Positions 1-10,444 of a stretch of DNA of 64,000 nt are shown here, piece by piece. The first letter of the stretch is position 1, and each line of letters opens with the position of its first letter. Origin of the DNA: Escherichia coli (GTDB lineage: Bacteria; Pseudomonadota; Gammaproteobacteria; Enterobacterales; Enterobacteriaceae); NCBI RefSeq assembly GCF_045037415.1, contig NZ_CP173440.1; one strand, given 5' to 3'. Under the pieces are notes generated by a model. It did not search any database and was not told where the DNA came from. It worked only from the letters and a program-made list of their open reading frames with translations. Made by a program: the position numbers and the translations under genes.

Positions 1-839
1 CGGAGGGTGTGCGGTGTGGCGGGCTTCGTGATGCCTGCTTGTTCTACGGCACGTTTGAAGGCGCGCTGAAAGGTCTGGTCATACATGTGATGGCGACGCA
101 CGACACCGCTCCGTGGATCGGTCGAATGCGTGTGCTGCGCAAAAACCCAGAACCACGGCCAGGAATGCCCGGCGCGCGGATACTTCCGCTCAAGGGCGTC
201 GGGAAGCGCAACGCCGCTGCGGCCCTCGGCCTGGTCCTTCAGCCACCATGCCCGTGCACGCGACAGCTGCTCGCGCAGGCTGGGTGCCAAGCTCTCGGGT
301 AACATCAAGGCCCGATCCTTGGAGCCCTTGCCCTCCCGCACGATGATCGTGCCGTGATCGAAATCCAGATCCTTGACCCGCAGTTGCAAACCCTCACTGA
401 TCCGCATGCCCGTTCCATACAGAAGCTGGGCGAACAAACGATGCTCGCCTTCCAGAAAACCGAGGATGCGAACCACTTCATCCGGGGTCAGCACCACCGG
501 CAAGCGCCGCGACGGCCGAGGTCTTCCGATCTCCTGAAGCCAGGGCAGATCCGTGCACAGCACCTTGCCGTAGAAGAACAGCAAGGCCGCCAATGCCTGA
601 CGATGCGTGGAGACCGAAACCTTGCGCTCGTTCGCCAGCCAGGACAGAAATGCCTCGACTTCGCTGCTGCCCAAGGTTGCCGGGTGACGCACACCGTGGA
701 AACGGATGAAGGCACGAACCCAGTGGACATAAGCCTGTTCGGTTCGTAAGCTGTAATGCAAGTAGCGTATGCGCTCACGCAACTGGTCCAGAACCTTGAC
801 CGAACGCAGCGGTGGTAACGGCGCAGTGGCGGTTTTCAT
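1..839 (-). CDS. intI1: Class 1 integron integrase IntI1, N-terminal ~279 codons only; gene is cut by the left window edge
   Basis: Reverse complement of 769-839 reads [24 protein letters not shown], the IntI1 N-terminus; start codon at 837-839; frame is open to position 1, so the ORF track does not list it. Canonical 5'-CS follows. Confidence 0.9.
724..752 (+). promoter_or_regulatory. Pc cassette promoter, weak variant (PcW): -35 TGGACA 724-729, 17-bp spacer, -10 TAAGCT 747-752
   Basis: Hexamers read directly inside the intI1 coding region, oriented towards the cassette. Confidence 0.7.
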
Positions 840-910
840 GGCTTGTTATGACTGTTTTTTTGTACAGTCTATGCCTCGGGCATCCAAGCAGCAAGCGCGT
901 TACGCCGTGG

Positions 911-975
911 GTCGATGTTTGATGTTATGGAGCAGCAACGATGTTACGCAGCAGGGCAGTCGCCCTAAAACAAAG
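911..975 (+). other. attI1 integron recombination site; cassette junction after G975 in caaaG/TTAaccc
   Basis: 5'-CS sequence gcagggcagtcgccctaaaacaaag immediately before the first cassette. Confidence 0.55.
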
Positions 976-994
976 TTAACCCGGAACCAAAATT

Positions 995-1468
995 GTGAAA
1001 GTATCATTAATGGCTGCAAAAGCGAAAAACGGAGTGATTGGTTGCGGTCCACACATACCCTGGTCCGCGAAAGGAGAGCAGCTACTCTTTAAAGCCTTGA
1101 CGTACAACCAGTGGCTTTTGGTGGGCCGCAAGACGTTCGAATCTATGGGAGCACTCCCTAATAGGAAATACGCGGTCGTTACTCGCTCAGCCTGGACGGC
1201 CGATAATGACAACGTAATAGTATTCCCGTCGATCGAAGAGGCCATGTACGGGCTGGCTGAACTCACCGATCACGTTATAGTGTCTGGTGGCGGGGAGATT
1301 TACAGAGAAACATTGCCCATGGCCTCTACGCTCCATATATCGACGATTGATATTGAGCCGGAAGGAGATGTTTTCTTTCCGAATATTCCCAATACCTTCG
1401 AAGTTGTTTTTGAGCAACACTTTAGCTCAAACATTAACTATTGCTATCAAATTTGGCAAAAGGGTTAA
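995..1468 (+). CDS. dfrA: Trimethoprim-resistant dihydrofolate reductase, dfrA1-group (closest to dfrA5/dfrA14), GTG start
   Basis: 157-aa product [32 protein letters not shown]...[12 protein letters not shown], typical plasmid DfrA; first cassette after attI1. Exact allele not resolvable from memory. Confidence 0.9.
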   Translation: MKVSLMAAKAKNGVIGCGPHIPWSAKGEQLLFKALTYNQWLLVGRKTFESMGALPNRKYAVVTRSAWTADNDNVIVFPSIEEAMYGLAELTDHVIVSGGGEIYRETLPMASTLHISTIDIEPEGDVFFPNIPNTFEVVFEQHFSSNINYCYQIWQKG

Positions 1469-1543
1469 CAAAGCTATGCAATTGACGGTAAAAAGCTTCG
1501 TTCGCTTCGCTTGCTACGCTTCTTACCGCAATTGATAACGGCG
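1469..1543 (+). other. attC (59-be) of the dfrA cassette; 3'-CS begins at 1544
   Basis: Cassette ends ...ggcG/TTAGATgcactaagcacataattgctcacagcc, which is the start of the 3'-CS. Confidence 0.5.
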
Positions 1544-1651
1544 TTAGATGCACTAAGCACATAATTGCTCACAGCCAAACTATCAGGTCAAGTCTGCTTT
1601 TATTATTTTTAAGCGTGCATAATAAGCCCTACACAAATTGGGAGATATATC

Positions 1652-1999
1652 ATGAAAGGCTGGCTTTTTCTTGTTATCGCAATAGTTGGCGAAGTAATCG
1701 CAACATCCGCATTAAAATCTAGCGAGGGCTTTACTAAGCTTGCCCCTTCCGCCGTTGTCATAATCGGTTATGGCATCGCATTTTATTTTCTTTCTCTGGT
1801 TCTGAAATCCATCCCTGTCGGTGTTGCTTATGCAGTCTGGTCGGGACTCGGCGTCGTCATAATTACAGCCATTGCCTGGTTGCTTCATGGGCAAAAGCTT
1901 GATGCGTGGGGCTTTGTAGGTATGGGGCTCATAATTGCTGCCTTTTTGCTCGCCCGATCCCCATCGTGGAAGTCGCTGCGGAGGCCGACGCCATGGTGA
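1652..1999 (+). CDS. qacEdelta1: Truncated SMR quaternary-ammonium efflux protein QacEdelta1
   Basis: 115-aa product [27 protein letters not shown]...; standard 3'-CS position overlapping the sul1 start. Confidence 0.95.
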   Translation: MKGWLFLVIAIVGEVIATSALKSSEGFTKLAPSAVVIIGYGIAFYFLSLVLKSIPVGVAYAVWSGLGVVIITAIAWLLHGQKLDAWGFVGMGLIIAAFLLARSPSWKSLRRPTPW

Positions 2000-2832
2000 C
2001 GGTGTTCGGCATTCTGAATCTCACCGAGGACTCCTTCTTCGATGAGAGCCGGCGGCTAGACCCCGCCGGCGCTGTCACCGCGGCGATCGAAATGCTGCGA
2101 GTCGGATCAGACGTCGTGGATGTCGGACCGGCCGCCAGCCATCCGGACGCGAGGCCTGTATCGCCGGCCGATGAGATCAGACGTATTGCGCCGCTCTTAG
2201 ACGCCCTGTCCGATCAGATGCACCGTGTTTCAATCGACAGCTTCCAACCGGAAACCCAGCGCTATGCGCTCAAGCGCGGCGTGGGCTACCTGAACGATAT
2301 CCAAGGATTTCCTGACCCTGCGCTCTATCCCGATATTGCTGAGGCGGACTGCAGGCTGGTGGTTATGCACTCAGCGCAGCGGGATGGCATCGCCACCCGC
2401 ACCGGTCACCTTCGACCCGAAGACGCGCTCGACGAGATTGTGCGGTTCTTCGAGGCGCGGGTTTCCGCCTTGCGACGGAGCGGGGTCGCTGCCGACCGGC
2501 TCATCCTCGATCCGGGGATGGGATTTTTCTTGAGCCCCGCACCGGAAACATCGCTGCACGTGCTGTCGAACCTTCAAAAGCTGAAGTCGGCGTTGGGGCT
2601 TCCGCTATTGGTCTCGGTGTCGCGGAAATCCTTCTTGGGCGCCACCGTTGGCCTTCCTGTAAAGGATCTGGGTCCAGCGAGCCTTGCGGCGGAACTTCAC
2701 GCGATCGGCAATGGCGCTGACTACGTCCGCACCCACGCGCCTGGAGATCTGCGAAGCGCAATCACCTTCTCGGAAACCCTCGCGAAATTTCGCAGTCGCG
2801 ACGCCAGAGACCGAGGGTTAGATCATGCCTAG
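1993..2832 (+). CDS. sul1: Sulfonamide-resistant dihydropteroate synthase Sul1
   Basis: 279-aa product [28 protein letters not shown]...; the ORF-track entry 1906-2832 carries an N-terminal extension. Confidence 0.97.
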   Translation: MVTVFGILNLTEDSFFDESRRLDPAGAVTAAIEMLRVGSDVVDVGPAASHPDARPVSPADEIRRIAPLLDALSDQMHRVSIDSFQPETQRYALKRGVGYLNDIQGFPDPALYPDIAEADCRLVVMHSAQRDGIATRTGHLRPEDALDEIVRFFEARVSALRRSGVAADRLILDPGMGFFLSPAPETSLHVLSNLQKLKSALGLPLLVSVSRKSFLGATVGLPVKDLGPASLAAELHAIGNGADYVRTHAPGDLRSAITFSETLAKFRSRDARDRGLDHA

Positions 2833-2959
2833 CATTCACCTTCCGGCCGCCCGCTAGCGGACCCTGGTCAGGTTCCGCGAAGGTGGGCGCAGACATGCTG
2901 GGCTCGTCAGGATCAAACTGCACTATGAGGCGGCGGTTCATACCGCGCCAGGGGAGCGA

Positions 2960-3136
2960 ATGGACAGCGAGGAGCCTCCGAACGTTCGGGTCGCCTGCTC
3001 GGGTGATATCGACGAGGTTGTGCGGCTGATGCACGACGCTGCGGCGTGGATGTCCGCCAAGGGAACGCCCGCCTGGGACGTCGCGCGGATCGACCGGACA
3101 TTCGCGGAGACCTTCGTCCTGAGATCCGAGCTCCTA
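2960..3136 (+). pseudogene. orf5: orf5 (GNAT acetyltransferase of the 3'-CS), truncated after ~58 codons at a Tn21-type IR
   Basis: MDSEEPPNVRVACSGDIDEVVRLMHDAAAWMSAKGTPAWDVARIDRTFAETFVLRSELL matches orf5, then the frame runs into IR and IS sequence. Confidence 0.7.
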
Positions 3137-3158
3137 GGGATCGCCTCAGAAAACGGAA
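3137..3158. repeat. Outer 22 bp of a Tn21-subfamily 38-bp terminal IR (gggatcgcctcagaaaacggaa), split by an IS insertion
   Basis: Together with 4486-4501 (aataaagcacgctaag) it reconstitutes a 38-bp IR, the known target of IS4321/IS5075. Confidence 0.8.
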
Positions 3159-4485
3159 TCTATGGTCACTCCCGTTTTTGCAACACCGATTTTGACGATA
3201 AATTGGCTTGCTTGAATCTATCCGGCGTCTGAATGGGATTTTATTCCCGCGCCTCGATGAGTTCCGCGCCTGATGAACCTCCAGAAAATATACGGCTTCA
3301 ATGAGCCTTTCCGTTTTACAGGTTCCTCAACAGGCCGGTGGGCCGTTAGTATCATCAATATCAGTATTCGCAAAACCAGATCAGTGATTCTTTAAACCGG
3401 TGTATTTCTGCCGTTATGCTACATAAGTTTGCTGTCGTGCCGTTAGGGCCCAGGCTATTCTGGCCAGCTTGTTTGCCAGAGCACAAGTGACGACAAAGTT
3501 GCTTTTCCTACACAGTAGATCCCTGACCCAATCGGCCAATTTGCCAGACTGGTGTTCCAGTTTTTGTATGAATACCCTGGCACATTGAACCAACAAAGTT
3601 CGGATCTTTTTGTTACCTCGCTTACTAATTCCCAGCAATGTCGTCCGACCTCCCGTGCTGTACTGTCGGGGTACCAGCCCTGTTGCCGCCGCAAAGTCAC
3701 GACTGCTGGCGTACTGCTTCCCGTCGCCAATCTCAGTTGAAATAGTACTCGCTGTCAGTGTTCCGACGCAGGGAATGCTCAGCAAGCGCTGTCCAATCTC
3801 ATCTTCGTCCAACTTTCGTTTCAACTGGGATTCCAAATCTTTAATCTGCTCAACAAGATAGTGATAATGCTGTTGTAATTTCAGCAATAACTGGCTGAGG
3901 TATAGAGGCAAACTATTGTCCTCAAGAAGGGTACTCAGTCGGCTAATAACGGCAGCTCCTCGTGGAACGCTGATGCCAAATTCCAGCAGAAAAGCATGCA
4001 TCTGATTGGTTGTTTTTACCTTATCCTGAACCAGGGATTCACGGACACGATGCAGCGCACGCATTGCCTGCTGAGATTCAGTTCTGGGCTGTACAAAACG
4101 CATAGACGGACGCGATGCAGCTTCACAAATAGCTTCGGCGTCGACAAAGTCGTTTTTGTTACTTTTAACGAATGGACGGACAAATTGTGGTGATATCAGC
4201 TTAGGAAAATGCCCCAACTCTTCCAACTTGCGTGCCATAAAGTGAGAGCCACCACAGGCTTCCATTGCGATGGTTGTAGCGGGGCATGTCGCCAAAAATT
4301 CGATTAACTTTGGCCGTGTAAATTTTTTACGGTAAACAGCCTTGCCGCGACGATCTTGGCAATGAATATGGAAAGAGTTTTTACCCAGATCGATACCAAT
4401 GAGCGCAATGTTTTCCATGATAGTTCTCCGAATGAAAGCCTATCCTCAGCATAGTACCGGGAAGGAGGGAGTGACCATCTCATTA
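3159..4485 (-). mobile_element. IS5075/IS4321-type element (IS110 family), complete, 1327 bp, inserted in a 38-bp IR
   Basis: Exactly 1327 bp between the two IR halves; contains a 334-aa IS110-family transposase. Confidence 0.85.
3414..4418 (-). CDS. IS110-family transposase (IS5075/IS4321)
   Basis: 334-aa product MENIALIGIDLGKNSFHIHCQDRRGKAVYRKKFTRPKLIEFL... Confidence 0.9.
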   Translation of the reverse strand: MENIALIGIDLGKNSFHIHCQDRRGKAVYRKKFTRPKLIEFLATCPATTIAMEACGGSHFMARKLEELGHFPKLISPQFVRPFVKSNKNDFVDAEAICEAASRPSMRFVQPRTESQQAMRALHRVRESLVQDKVKTTNQMHAFLLEFGISVPRGAAVISRLSTLLEDNSLPLYLSQLLLKLQQHYHYLVEQIKDLESQLKRKLDEDEIGQRLLSIPCVGTLTASTISTEIGDGKQYASSRDFAAATGLVPRQYSTGGRTTLLGISKRGNKKIRTLLVQCARVFIQKLEHQSGKLADWVRDLLCRKSNFVVTCALANKLARIAWALTARQQTYVA

Positions 4486-4501
4486 AATAAAGCACGCTAA
4501 G
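4486..4501. repeat. Inner 16 bp of the split 38-bp IR (aataaagcacgctaag)
   Basis: Immediately follows the IS end; continues into the chrA module. Confidence 0.75.
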
Positions 4502-4645
4502 CCGTAAGTAAGCGTGCTCCTGTGAAAGCCACAGCTAAAACTGCGTAGTACACATAGAGGTATTTTTTTCTAGATTTATATCGAATTTCGTTATCGAATT
4601 TCGCTTATTATTGATCAACTCGTTGCAGATCATGAAGGCGAAAGT

Positions 4646-5851
4646 ATGACGAATAACCCTACCGATGACAGCAGACCATGGTCGGTCTTTCTTATTTTTC
4701 TGCGGCTTGGATTGACATCTTTTGGCGGCCCCATTGCGCACTTGGGCTACTTCCGCGCCGAATTTGTCACACGGCGGCGCTGGCTCTCCGAACGGAGCTA
4801 TGCTGACTTGGTCGCGCTTTGTCAGTTCTTGCCAGGGCCTGCAAGCAGCCAGGTCGGCATAGCGGTAGGACTGTCTCGGGCTGGATACAGCGGGGCGCTG
4901 GCTGCTTGGGCTGGCTTCACGCTGCCGTCTGCCATAGCCTTGATCCTTTTTGCGCTCGGCATCTCCAGCTATGGCGATTACGTCTCGCAGGGCGCGTTGC
5001 ATGGCTTAAAAGTGGTGGCTGTGGCCGTGGTCGCTCAAGCAGTATGGGGCATGGCGCGTAACCTATGCACGGATGGGCTGCGAGTCACCATCATGGCAAT
5101 TGCTACCTGCGTCGTTTTACTTGTGCCGTCCGCGTGGGGACAGGTTGGCGTGATTGCTATCGCAGGCATCGCAGGCCGGTTATTGTTCAAGCCAGCGAAA
5201 GTTGTTGAGCATGACCCCCTACCTATCACGGTCAGTCACCGGGCCGGCGTGCTTTGGCTCTCGCTGTTCTTTGTCTTGCTGATTGGCCTGCCGGTGTTGG
5301 CCGAACTGATGCCAAGTCAAACCATGGCAATGGTGGATTCCTTCTATCGTGTCGGATCACTGGTGTTCGGCGGTGGTCACGTTGTGCTGCCATTACTGCA
5401 AGCCGAAGTGGTGCCCTCCGGCTGGGTCAACAATGAATCCTTTCTCGCGGGGTACGGGGCAGCTCAAGCGGTGCCCGGCCCTTTGTTCACGTTCGCCGCG
5501 TTTCTTGGTGCCTCGATGAACACCGCCCCGTCGGGCTGGATCGGCGGCATTGTGTGTCTGCTGGCTATCTTCGCGCCCTCGTTCTTGCTGGTCGTCGGAT
5601 CAATGCCATTTTGGGAGCGTTTGCGCCGCAATACAGGCATCCAAGCTGCGCTGGCCGGGATCAATGCCGCTGTAGTCGGCTTGCTGCTGGCCGCGCTGTA
5701 TCAGCCTGTATGGACTAGCGCCATCTTTCAGCCGCAAGACTTCGGCTTGGCATTAGTTGCCCTTGTCGCACTTATGTTCTGGAAGCTCCCGCCGTGGCTG
5801 GTTGTCCTCGGTAGCGGTGCAGCTGGGTGGCTGTTGAGCGTCGCTCTGTGA
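4646..5851 (+). CDS. chrA: Chromate ion transporter ChrA
   Basis: 401-aa polytopic membrane protein MTNNPTDDSRPWSVFLIFLRLGLTSFGGPIAHLGYFRAEF... Confidence 0.9.
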   Translation: MTNNPTDDSRPWSVFLIFLRLGLTSFGGPIAHLGYFRAEFVTRRRWLSERSYADLVALCQFLPGPASSQVGIAVGLSRAGYSGALAAWAGFTLPSAIALILFALGISSYGDYVSQGALHGLKVVAVAVVAQAVWGMARNLCTDGLRVTIMAIATCVVLLVPSAWGQVGVIAIAGIAGRLLFKPAKVVEHDPLPITVSHRAGVLWLSLFFVLLIGLPVLAELMPSQTMAMVDSFYRVGSLVFGGGHVVLPLLQAEVVPSGWVNNESFLAGYGAAQAVPGPLFTFAAFLGASMNTAPSGWIGGIVCLLAIFAPSFLLVVGSMPFWERLRRNTGIQAALAGINAAVVGLLLAALYQPVWTSAIFQPQDFGLALVALVALMFWKLPPWLVVLGSGAAGWLLSVAL

Positions 5852-5861
5852 GGCACAAAAA

Positions 5862-6167
5862 ATGACTGACAAAGACCTCTACGGCGGTTTGATCCGCCTG
5901 CACATCCTTCACCATGCAGCCGAGGAACCTGTCTTTGGGCTGGGGATCATCGAAGAGCTACGCCGACACGGCTACGAGATGAGCGCTGGCACCGTGTACC
6001 CGATGCTGCACGGCCTGGAAAAAAAAGGCTATCTGACCTCACGCCACGAACGCACCGGGCGACGTGAACGGCGTGTTTATGACATCACTGAACAAGGCAG
6101 AACTGCACTTGCTGATGCGAAAACAAAGGTCAAGGAGCTGTTCGGAGAGTTGGTAGAAGGTGGTTGA
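5862..6167 (+). CDS. padR: PadR-family transcriptional regulator (orf98 of the chrA module)
   Basis: 101-aa product with winged-helix PadR signature; directly downstream of chrA. Confidence 0.8.
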   Translation: MTDKDLYGGLIRLHILHHAAEEPVFGLGIIEELRRHGYEMSAGTVYPMLHGLEKKGYLTSRHERTGRRERRVYDITEQGRTALADAKTKVKELFGELVEGG

Positions 6168-6332
6168 GTTTTTGCTTCTATGTCAGGTTGAGCTATACCC
6201 TAACTGGATTGTCATTTTCAGAAGACGACTGCACCAGTTGATTGGGCGTAATGGCTGTTGTGCAGCCAGCTCCTGACAGTTCAATATCAGAAGTGATCTG
6301 CACCAATCTCGACTATGCTCAATACTCGTGTG

Positions 6333-7212
6333 GGCTCTGTTGCAAAAATCGTGAAGCTTGAGCATGCTTGGCGGAGATTGGACGGACGGAACGATGACGG
6401 ATTTCAAGTGGCGCCATTTCCAGGGTGATGTGATCCTGTGGGCGGTGCGCTGGTATTGTCGCTATCCGATCAGCTATCGCGACCTTGAGGAAATGCTGGC
6501 GGAACGCGGCATTTCGGTCGACCATACGACGATCTATCGCTGGGTCCAGTGCTACGCCCCGGAGATGGAGAAGCGGCTGCGCTGGTTCTGGCGGCGTGGC
6601 TTTGATCCGAGCTGGCGCCTGGATGAAACCTACGTCAAGGTGCGGGGCAAGTGGACCTACCTGTACCGGGCAGTCGACAAGCGGGGCGACACGATCGATT
6701 TCTACCTGTCGCCGACCCGCAGCGCCAAGGCAGCGAAGCGGTTCCTGGGCAAGGCCCTGCGAGGCCTGAAGCACTGGGAAAAGCCTGCCACGCTCAATAC
6801 CGACAAAGCGCCGAGCTATGGTGCAGCGATCACCGAATTGAAGCGCGAAGGAAAGCTGGACCGGGAGACGGCCCACCGGCAGGTGAAGTATCTCAATAAC
6901 GTGATCGAGGCCGATCACGGAAAGCTCAAGATACTGATCAAGCCGGTGCGCGGTTTCAAATCGATCCCCACGGCCTATGCCACGATCAAGGGATTCGAAG
7001 TCATGCGAGCCCTGCGCAAAGGACAGGCTCGCCCCTGGTGCCTGCAGCCCGGCATCAGGGGCGAGGTGCGCCTTGTGGAGAGAGCTTTTGGCATTGGGCC
7101 CTCGGCGCTGACGGAGGCCATGGGCATGCTCAACCACCATTTCGCAGCAGCCGCCTGATCGGCGCAGAGCGACAGCCTACCTCTGACTGCCGCCAATCTT
7201 TGCAACAGAGCC
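6333..7212 (+). mobile_element. IS6100 (IS6 family), 880 bp, 14-bp terminal IRs GGCTCTGTTGCAAA
   Basis: IRs read at 6333-6346 and 7199-7212; 880 bp. Confidence 0.9.
6394..7158 (+). CDS. IS6100 transposase
   Basis: [39 protein letters not shown]...; the ORF-track entry 6358-7158 has a 12-codon extension. Confidence 0.9.
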   Translation: MTDFKWRHFQGDVILWAVRWYCRYPISYRDLEEMLAERGISVDHTTIYRWVQCYAPEMEKRLRWFWRRGFDPSWRLDETYVKVRGKWTYLYRAVDKRGDTIDFYLSPTRSAKAAKRFLGKALRGLKHWEKPATLNTDKAPSYGAAITELKREGKLDRETAHRQVKYLNNVIEADHGKLKILIKPVRGFKSIPTAYATIKGFEVMRALRKGQARPWCLQPGIRGEVRLVERAFGIGPSALTEAMGMLNHHFAAAA

Positions 7213-7650
7213 CGCCGTGCTAGTCTGCTCGGTGATGGTGGAGTGAAGCCAACCCGCAATCGGGTTATGAATCTGCATCGCGATTCGCAATCAGCTGTCT
7301 CTTGAGCATGTCGAACTCCTGCGATGTTATCTCGCCGTGCTCGTGCTGCTACACCAACTTGTCCAACTCATCCGCCACACCGCTCCCCACCACCTGCGAT
7401 GGCCAGGTTGTTTGCTGGGCGCATTGGCGGAGTATCGTCTCGACCCGGGACACCCACACCGGCACAACCTTACGGGAGTGATTCACTGTCAAAGAATCGG
7501 CCCGGTGCTCTGACGCAAGTATCGGGATGGTCACCATTTGTAAGCCGTAGACCTGAGTGGTGATCAAGACTTCGATACCACCGACCGTACCGGTACTAAT
7601 CGACGACGGTCGTGTTCGTCGCCTGCCGCAGGGACTCTGCACACCTCCGT

Positions 7651-8235
7651 TTACGCATGTGCCTGGAGGAGTTGGAAATCGTCGTGTTCGGGAAACATTA
7701 AACACAGGATGGCAGCGATCTGAGCCAGCACATGATCAGCTAGCTCACCATCCGGATCGACGGCCCACTGCATCGTCGCGCCAGCGATGACCGAGTGCAG
7801 GAGCAACTCAGCTGCCGCAGGAGCACCTGGGGGCAGTCGCTTGCGGATCCCCTCCACCACCGCGCGGTTCCGCTGGATCGCAAGCGTGCGTAGCTCCGGC
7901 ACCTGGAGCTCGTACCAGGAGATGAGATAGTTCACCGAGAAGTCGTTGCGAGTGTTCATGCTCCGAACGAGCACCTGCAAAAATTCCCAGAGCCCTTGCG
8001 GCCCTGCGCCTATCGGTATCGCATTCAGGTAATGCCGCACCTGCTCGACGCCGCGCTCCATCATCCTCACCAGCAGCGTATCGCGGTTGGTGAAGCGCTG
8101 GATTAACGCTGCGCGGGAGAGCCCCACCTCCTTTGCTACTCCGCTGAGCGTGAACTCTATGGGACCGCAACGCTTCAGCACTACGGTGGCGGCCTCGAGT
8201 ACCTCGTCATCGGACTTGAGCTTGGGGCGGGGCAT
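7651..8235 (-). CDS. mphR(A): TetR-family repressor MphR(A)
   Basis: 194-aa product MPRPKLKSDDEVLEAATVVLKRCGPIEFTLSGVAKEVGLSRAALIQRF... Confidence 0.9.
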   Translation of the reverse strand: MPRPKLKSDDEVLEAATVVLKRCGPIEFTLSGVAKEVGLSRAALIQRFTNRDTLLVRMMERGVEQVRHYLNAIPIGAGPQGLWEFLQVLVRSMNTRNDFSVNYLISWYELQVPELRTLAIQRNRAVVEGIRKRLPPGAPAAAELLLHSVIAGATMQWAVDPDGELADHVLAQIAAILCLMFPEHDDFQLLQAHA

Positions 8236-9473
8236 CAGTGTTCACCTTCTGTATGGGTTGGGGCGGAGGCTGTGGCTGCCGCCGCCATTGTAGCAAATTG
8301 AAGACGGAGCGAGAGTAGAGCCACGAGCCCCGCAAACACGGCCGATACAACGAGGCCAGGGAGCGGACCAGCAAGGTCGACAAACGCGCCGGCCGCAAGC
8401 ATAACCATGGGCGAGGCTGACAGCATCACCGCCGAGACCGTGCCGAGTACCCGGCCGAGAAGTTCTGGCGGCGTGCGGTTGTAGATGGCAGCGTTGAGAA
8501 TGGGAGAGACTGAGCCGGTCAGCAGTCCCACGAGCGCGCCCAACAACATCAGCACCGGCACGCCTGGCAACTGTGAAAGCAGAAGCGAGCCCACCGCAGA
8601 GCCACAAAATGCCACCGCCAGCCAGTTCTGCGCTGATATCCGGGCGCCGACCGACGCATGAATGGCAATGCCAAGGAGACCACCAGCCCCCATCATTGAG
8701 GAGAACAGCCCGAGCTCTGCTACTTGGCGTCCTGCATCTACAAACAGCGCAGGCATGATGACGCTGCCGTTGGCGCCAACGATGCCCACGAAGATCATCA
8801 CTATACCAAAGAGAGGGCGCAGCAGGGGTTCGCTCCAGAGAAAAGCGACGCCGGCGCGCATGGAGAGAGTCGCCGTCGTGGTCATCGTCCGAGCGGCACG
8901 CGCGGGAAGCACCCACGCGCCGAGCAGACCTGCAAGGACGGAGCAGAACGCCGTCAGCCCGAGCGTTGGCGCAGCGCCAAGCAGGCCGATTGCGGCCCCC
9001 CCAAGGGCCGGGCCACCTAGAATCGCGACGTTCCCGATCACCGCTTTCAGTGACGAGACGCGCTCAACGGAGAGCCCGGCGACGTGGCCGAGTTTGGGCA
9101 GCTCACTGTCCTGCGCGGCCATACCGGGTGCGTCGAACGCGGCACCGAGCACCACGCAAGCGATCAGCCCAGTGTTCGAGAGGGCGCCAACGGCATCGAG
9201 CAGTGGGATGCTCGCCATGGCCACGCCGCCCACCACACCCGAGATCAATGCGACGGGCGCGCGCCCGAACCGATCGACGAGGCCACCACCAACCCACGCG
9301 CCGATGATGGTCGCGATGACGCTGCTAGCGGCCGTGGCGCCCGCCCAGGCCGCGCTCTTTGTATGAGACAGGACGAACCATGGAAGCGCGAGGGCCGCCA
9401 CCGCGTTGCCGATCCGGAAGAGAAAGGTCGCCGCGAACAGCGTCGCGAGCGGGCTATATCGACGTTCGCTCAT
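8235..9473 (-). CDS. mrx: MFS membrane protein Mrx of the mph(A) operon
   Basis: 412-aa hydrophobic product between mph(A) and mphR(A). Confidence 0.9.
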   Translation of the reverse strand: MSERRYSPLATLFAATFLFRIGNAVAALALPWFVLSHTKSAAWAGATAASSVIATIIGAWVGGGLVDRFGRAPVALISGVVGGVAMASIPLLDAVGALSNTGLIACVVLGAAFDAPGMAAQDSELPKLGHVAGLSVERVSSLKAVIGNVAILGGPALGGAAIGLLGAAPTLGLTAFCSVLAGLLGAWVLPARAARTMTTTATLSMRAGVAFLWSEPLLRPLFGIVMIFVGIVGANGSVIMPALFVDAGRQVAELGLFSSMMGAGGLLGIAIHASVGARISAQNWLAVAFCGSAVGSLLLSQLPGVPVLMLLGALVGLLTGSVSPILNAAIYNRTPPELLGRVLGTVSAVMLSASPMVMLAAGAFVDLAGPLPGLVVSAVFAGLVALLSLRLQFATMAAAATASAPTHTEGEH

Positions 9474-10375
9474 TCCGCTGCGGCGAGCTGCGCCTTCGCC
9501 GCAGCGAGGTACTCTTCGTTACCCGAGTCGAGGGCGAAGAGTGCGTAGGTGACCGCCCCGAACGCAAGGCGCTCCGCGATGTGGTGGGCGAGCCGCGGCC
9601 ACACCCGGCCACCGGCCGCTTCATACGTGAGGAGGAGCTTCGCGAGCCCCTCTTCACCAAAGACCATAAGGTGCGCGGCCATGTCGATGGCAGGGTCATC
9701 AACGCGGGCCTCGCTCCAGTCGATCATCCCGCTGACGCGCTCCGTGTTGTCGATGAGCACATGGCCCACGTAGAGATCGCCATGCACCACCACGGAGAAA
9801 TCTGGCCACGACGAATCGTCGTCGAGCCAGCGCTGCCACCGGTGGAGGCGCTTGTCGTTCACCACGAACTCGCGTCGGACGCGGTCAACGTCGTCGGCCA
9901 CCTTCTGACGGGCCTGCGTCGGTGTACGGATGAGCATCCCCGCATCCACGGCGGCGGAAATGGGGACGGCATGCAGGGCGGCGAGCGCGGTCGCGAAGCT
10001 CTCCGCGAAGACCTCCGAGTCCTGCGGCACGACCCAGTCGGGCGTGGACGAACCAGGCTGGATGACCATCGCAGTCGAGTCTTCGAGCATGGGATAGGCA
10101 ACGAGCTCGGCGTTGGCCACGCGCCAGTCCGGCACCGCGAACGGCAGGCGATTCTTGAGCATTGCCAGCACCCGCGCCTCTGGTTCGACCTTCGCGCTTA
10201 CCTCGGCTCGGCGCGGGATGCGCAGCACCCACCGACGTCCATCGTCGACGGTGGCGATCACGATCCTATAGTCGAGCCCAAGCTCATTGACAGTCAGCGG
10301 GCCATGGAGCTTGAGCCCATGTCGGGCTGCAAGTGCGTACAGTTGGGAGGTATCGGCGGTCGTGACTACGGTCAT
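9470..10375 (-). CDS. mph(A): Macrolide 2'-phosphotransferase Mph(A)
   Basis: 301-aa product MTVVTTADTSQLYALAARHGLKLHGPLTVNELGLDYRIVIATVDDGRRWVLRIPRR... Confidence 0.95.
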   Translation of the reverse strand: MTVVTTADTSQLYALAARHGLKLHGPLTVNELGLDYRIVIATVDDGRRWVLRIPRRAEVSAKVEPEARVLAMLKNRLPFAVPDWRVANAELVAYPMLEDSTAMVIQPGSSTPDWVVPQDSEVFAESFATALAALHAVPISAAVDAGMLIRTPTQARQKVADDVDRVRREFVVNDKRLHRWQRWLDDDSSWPDFSVVVHGDLYVGHVLIDNTERVSGMIDWSEARVDDPAIDMAAHLMVFGEEGLAKLLLTYEAAGGRVWPRLAHHIAERLAFGAVTYALFALDSGNEEYLAAAKAQLAAAE

Positions 10376-10444
10376 GATTCACTCCTGAGGGCTTGACGGG
10401 TTTAGCCACCTAAATGTAACAGTCACGTCGGTTATATTCAATCC

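Noticed and set aside
9-778. Short ORF-track ORFs within the first 800 bp
   Set aside because: They lie in other frames or strand of intI1, whose true frame is open to the window edge.
2960-3232. 90-aa ORF as an intact orf5
   Set aside because: Similarity to orf5 stops at ~3136 where the 38-bp IR begins; the remainder is IR and IS sequence read in frame.
8242-10396. Multiple overlapping ORFs inside and opposite mrx and mph(A)
   Set aside because: High-GC region with open frames on both strands; products are low-complexity R/A/G/P-rich and overlap well-supported genes.
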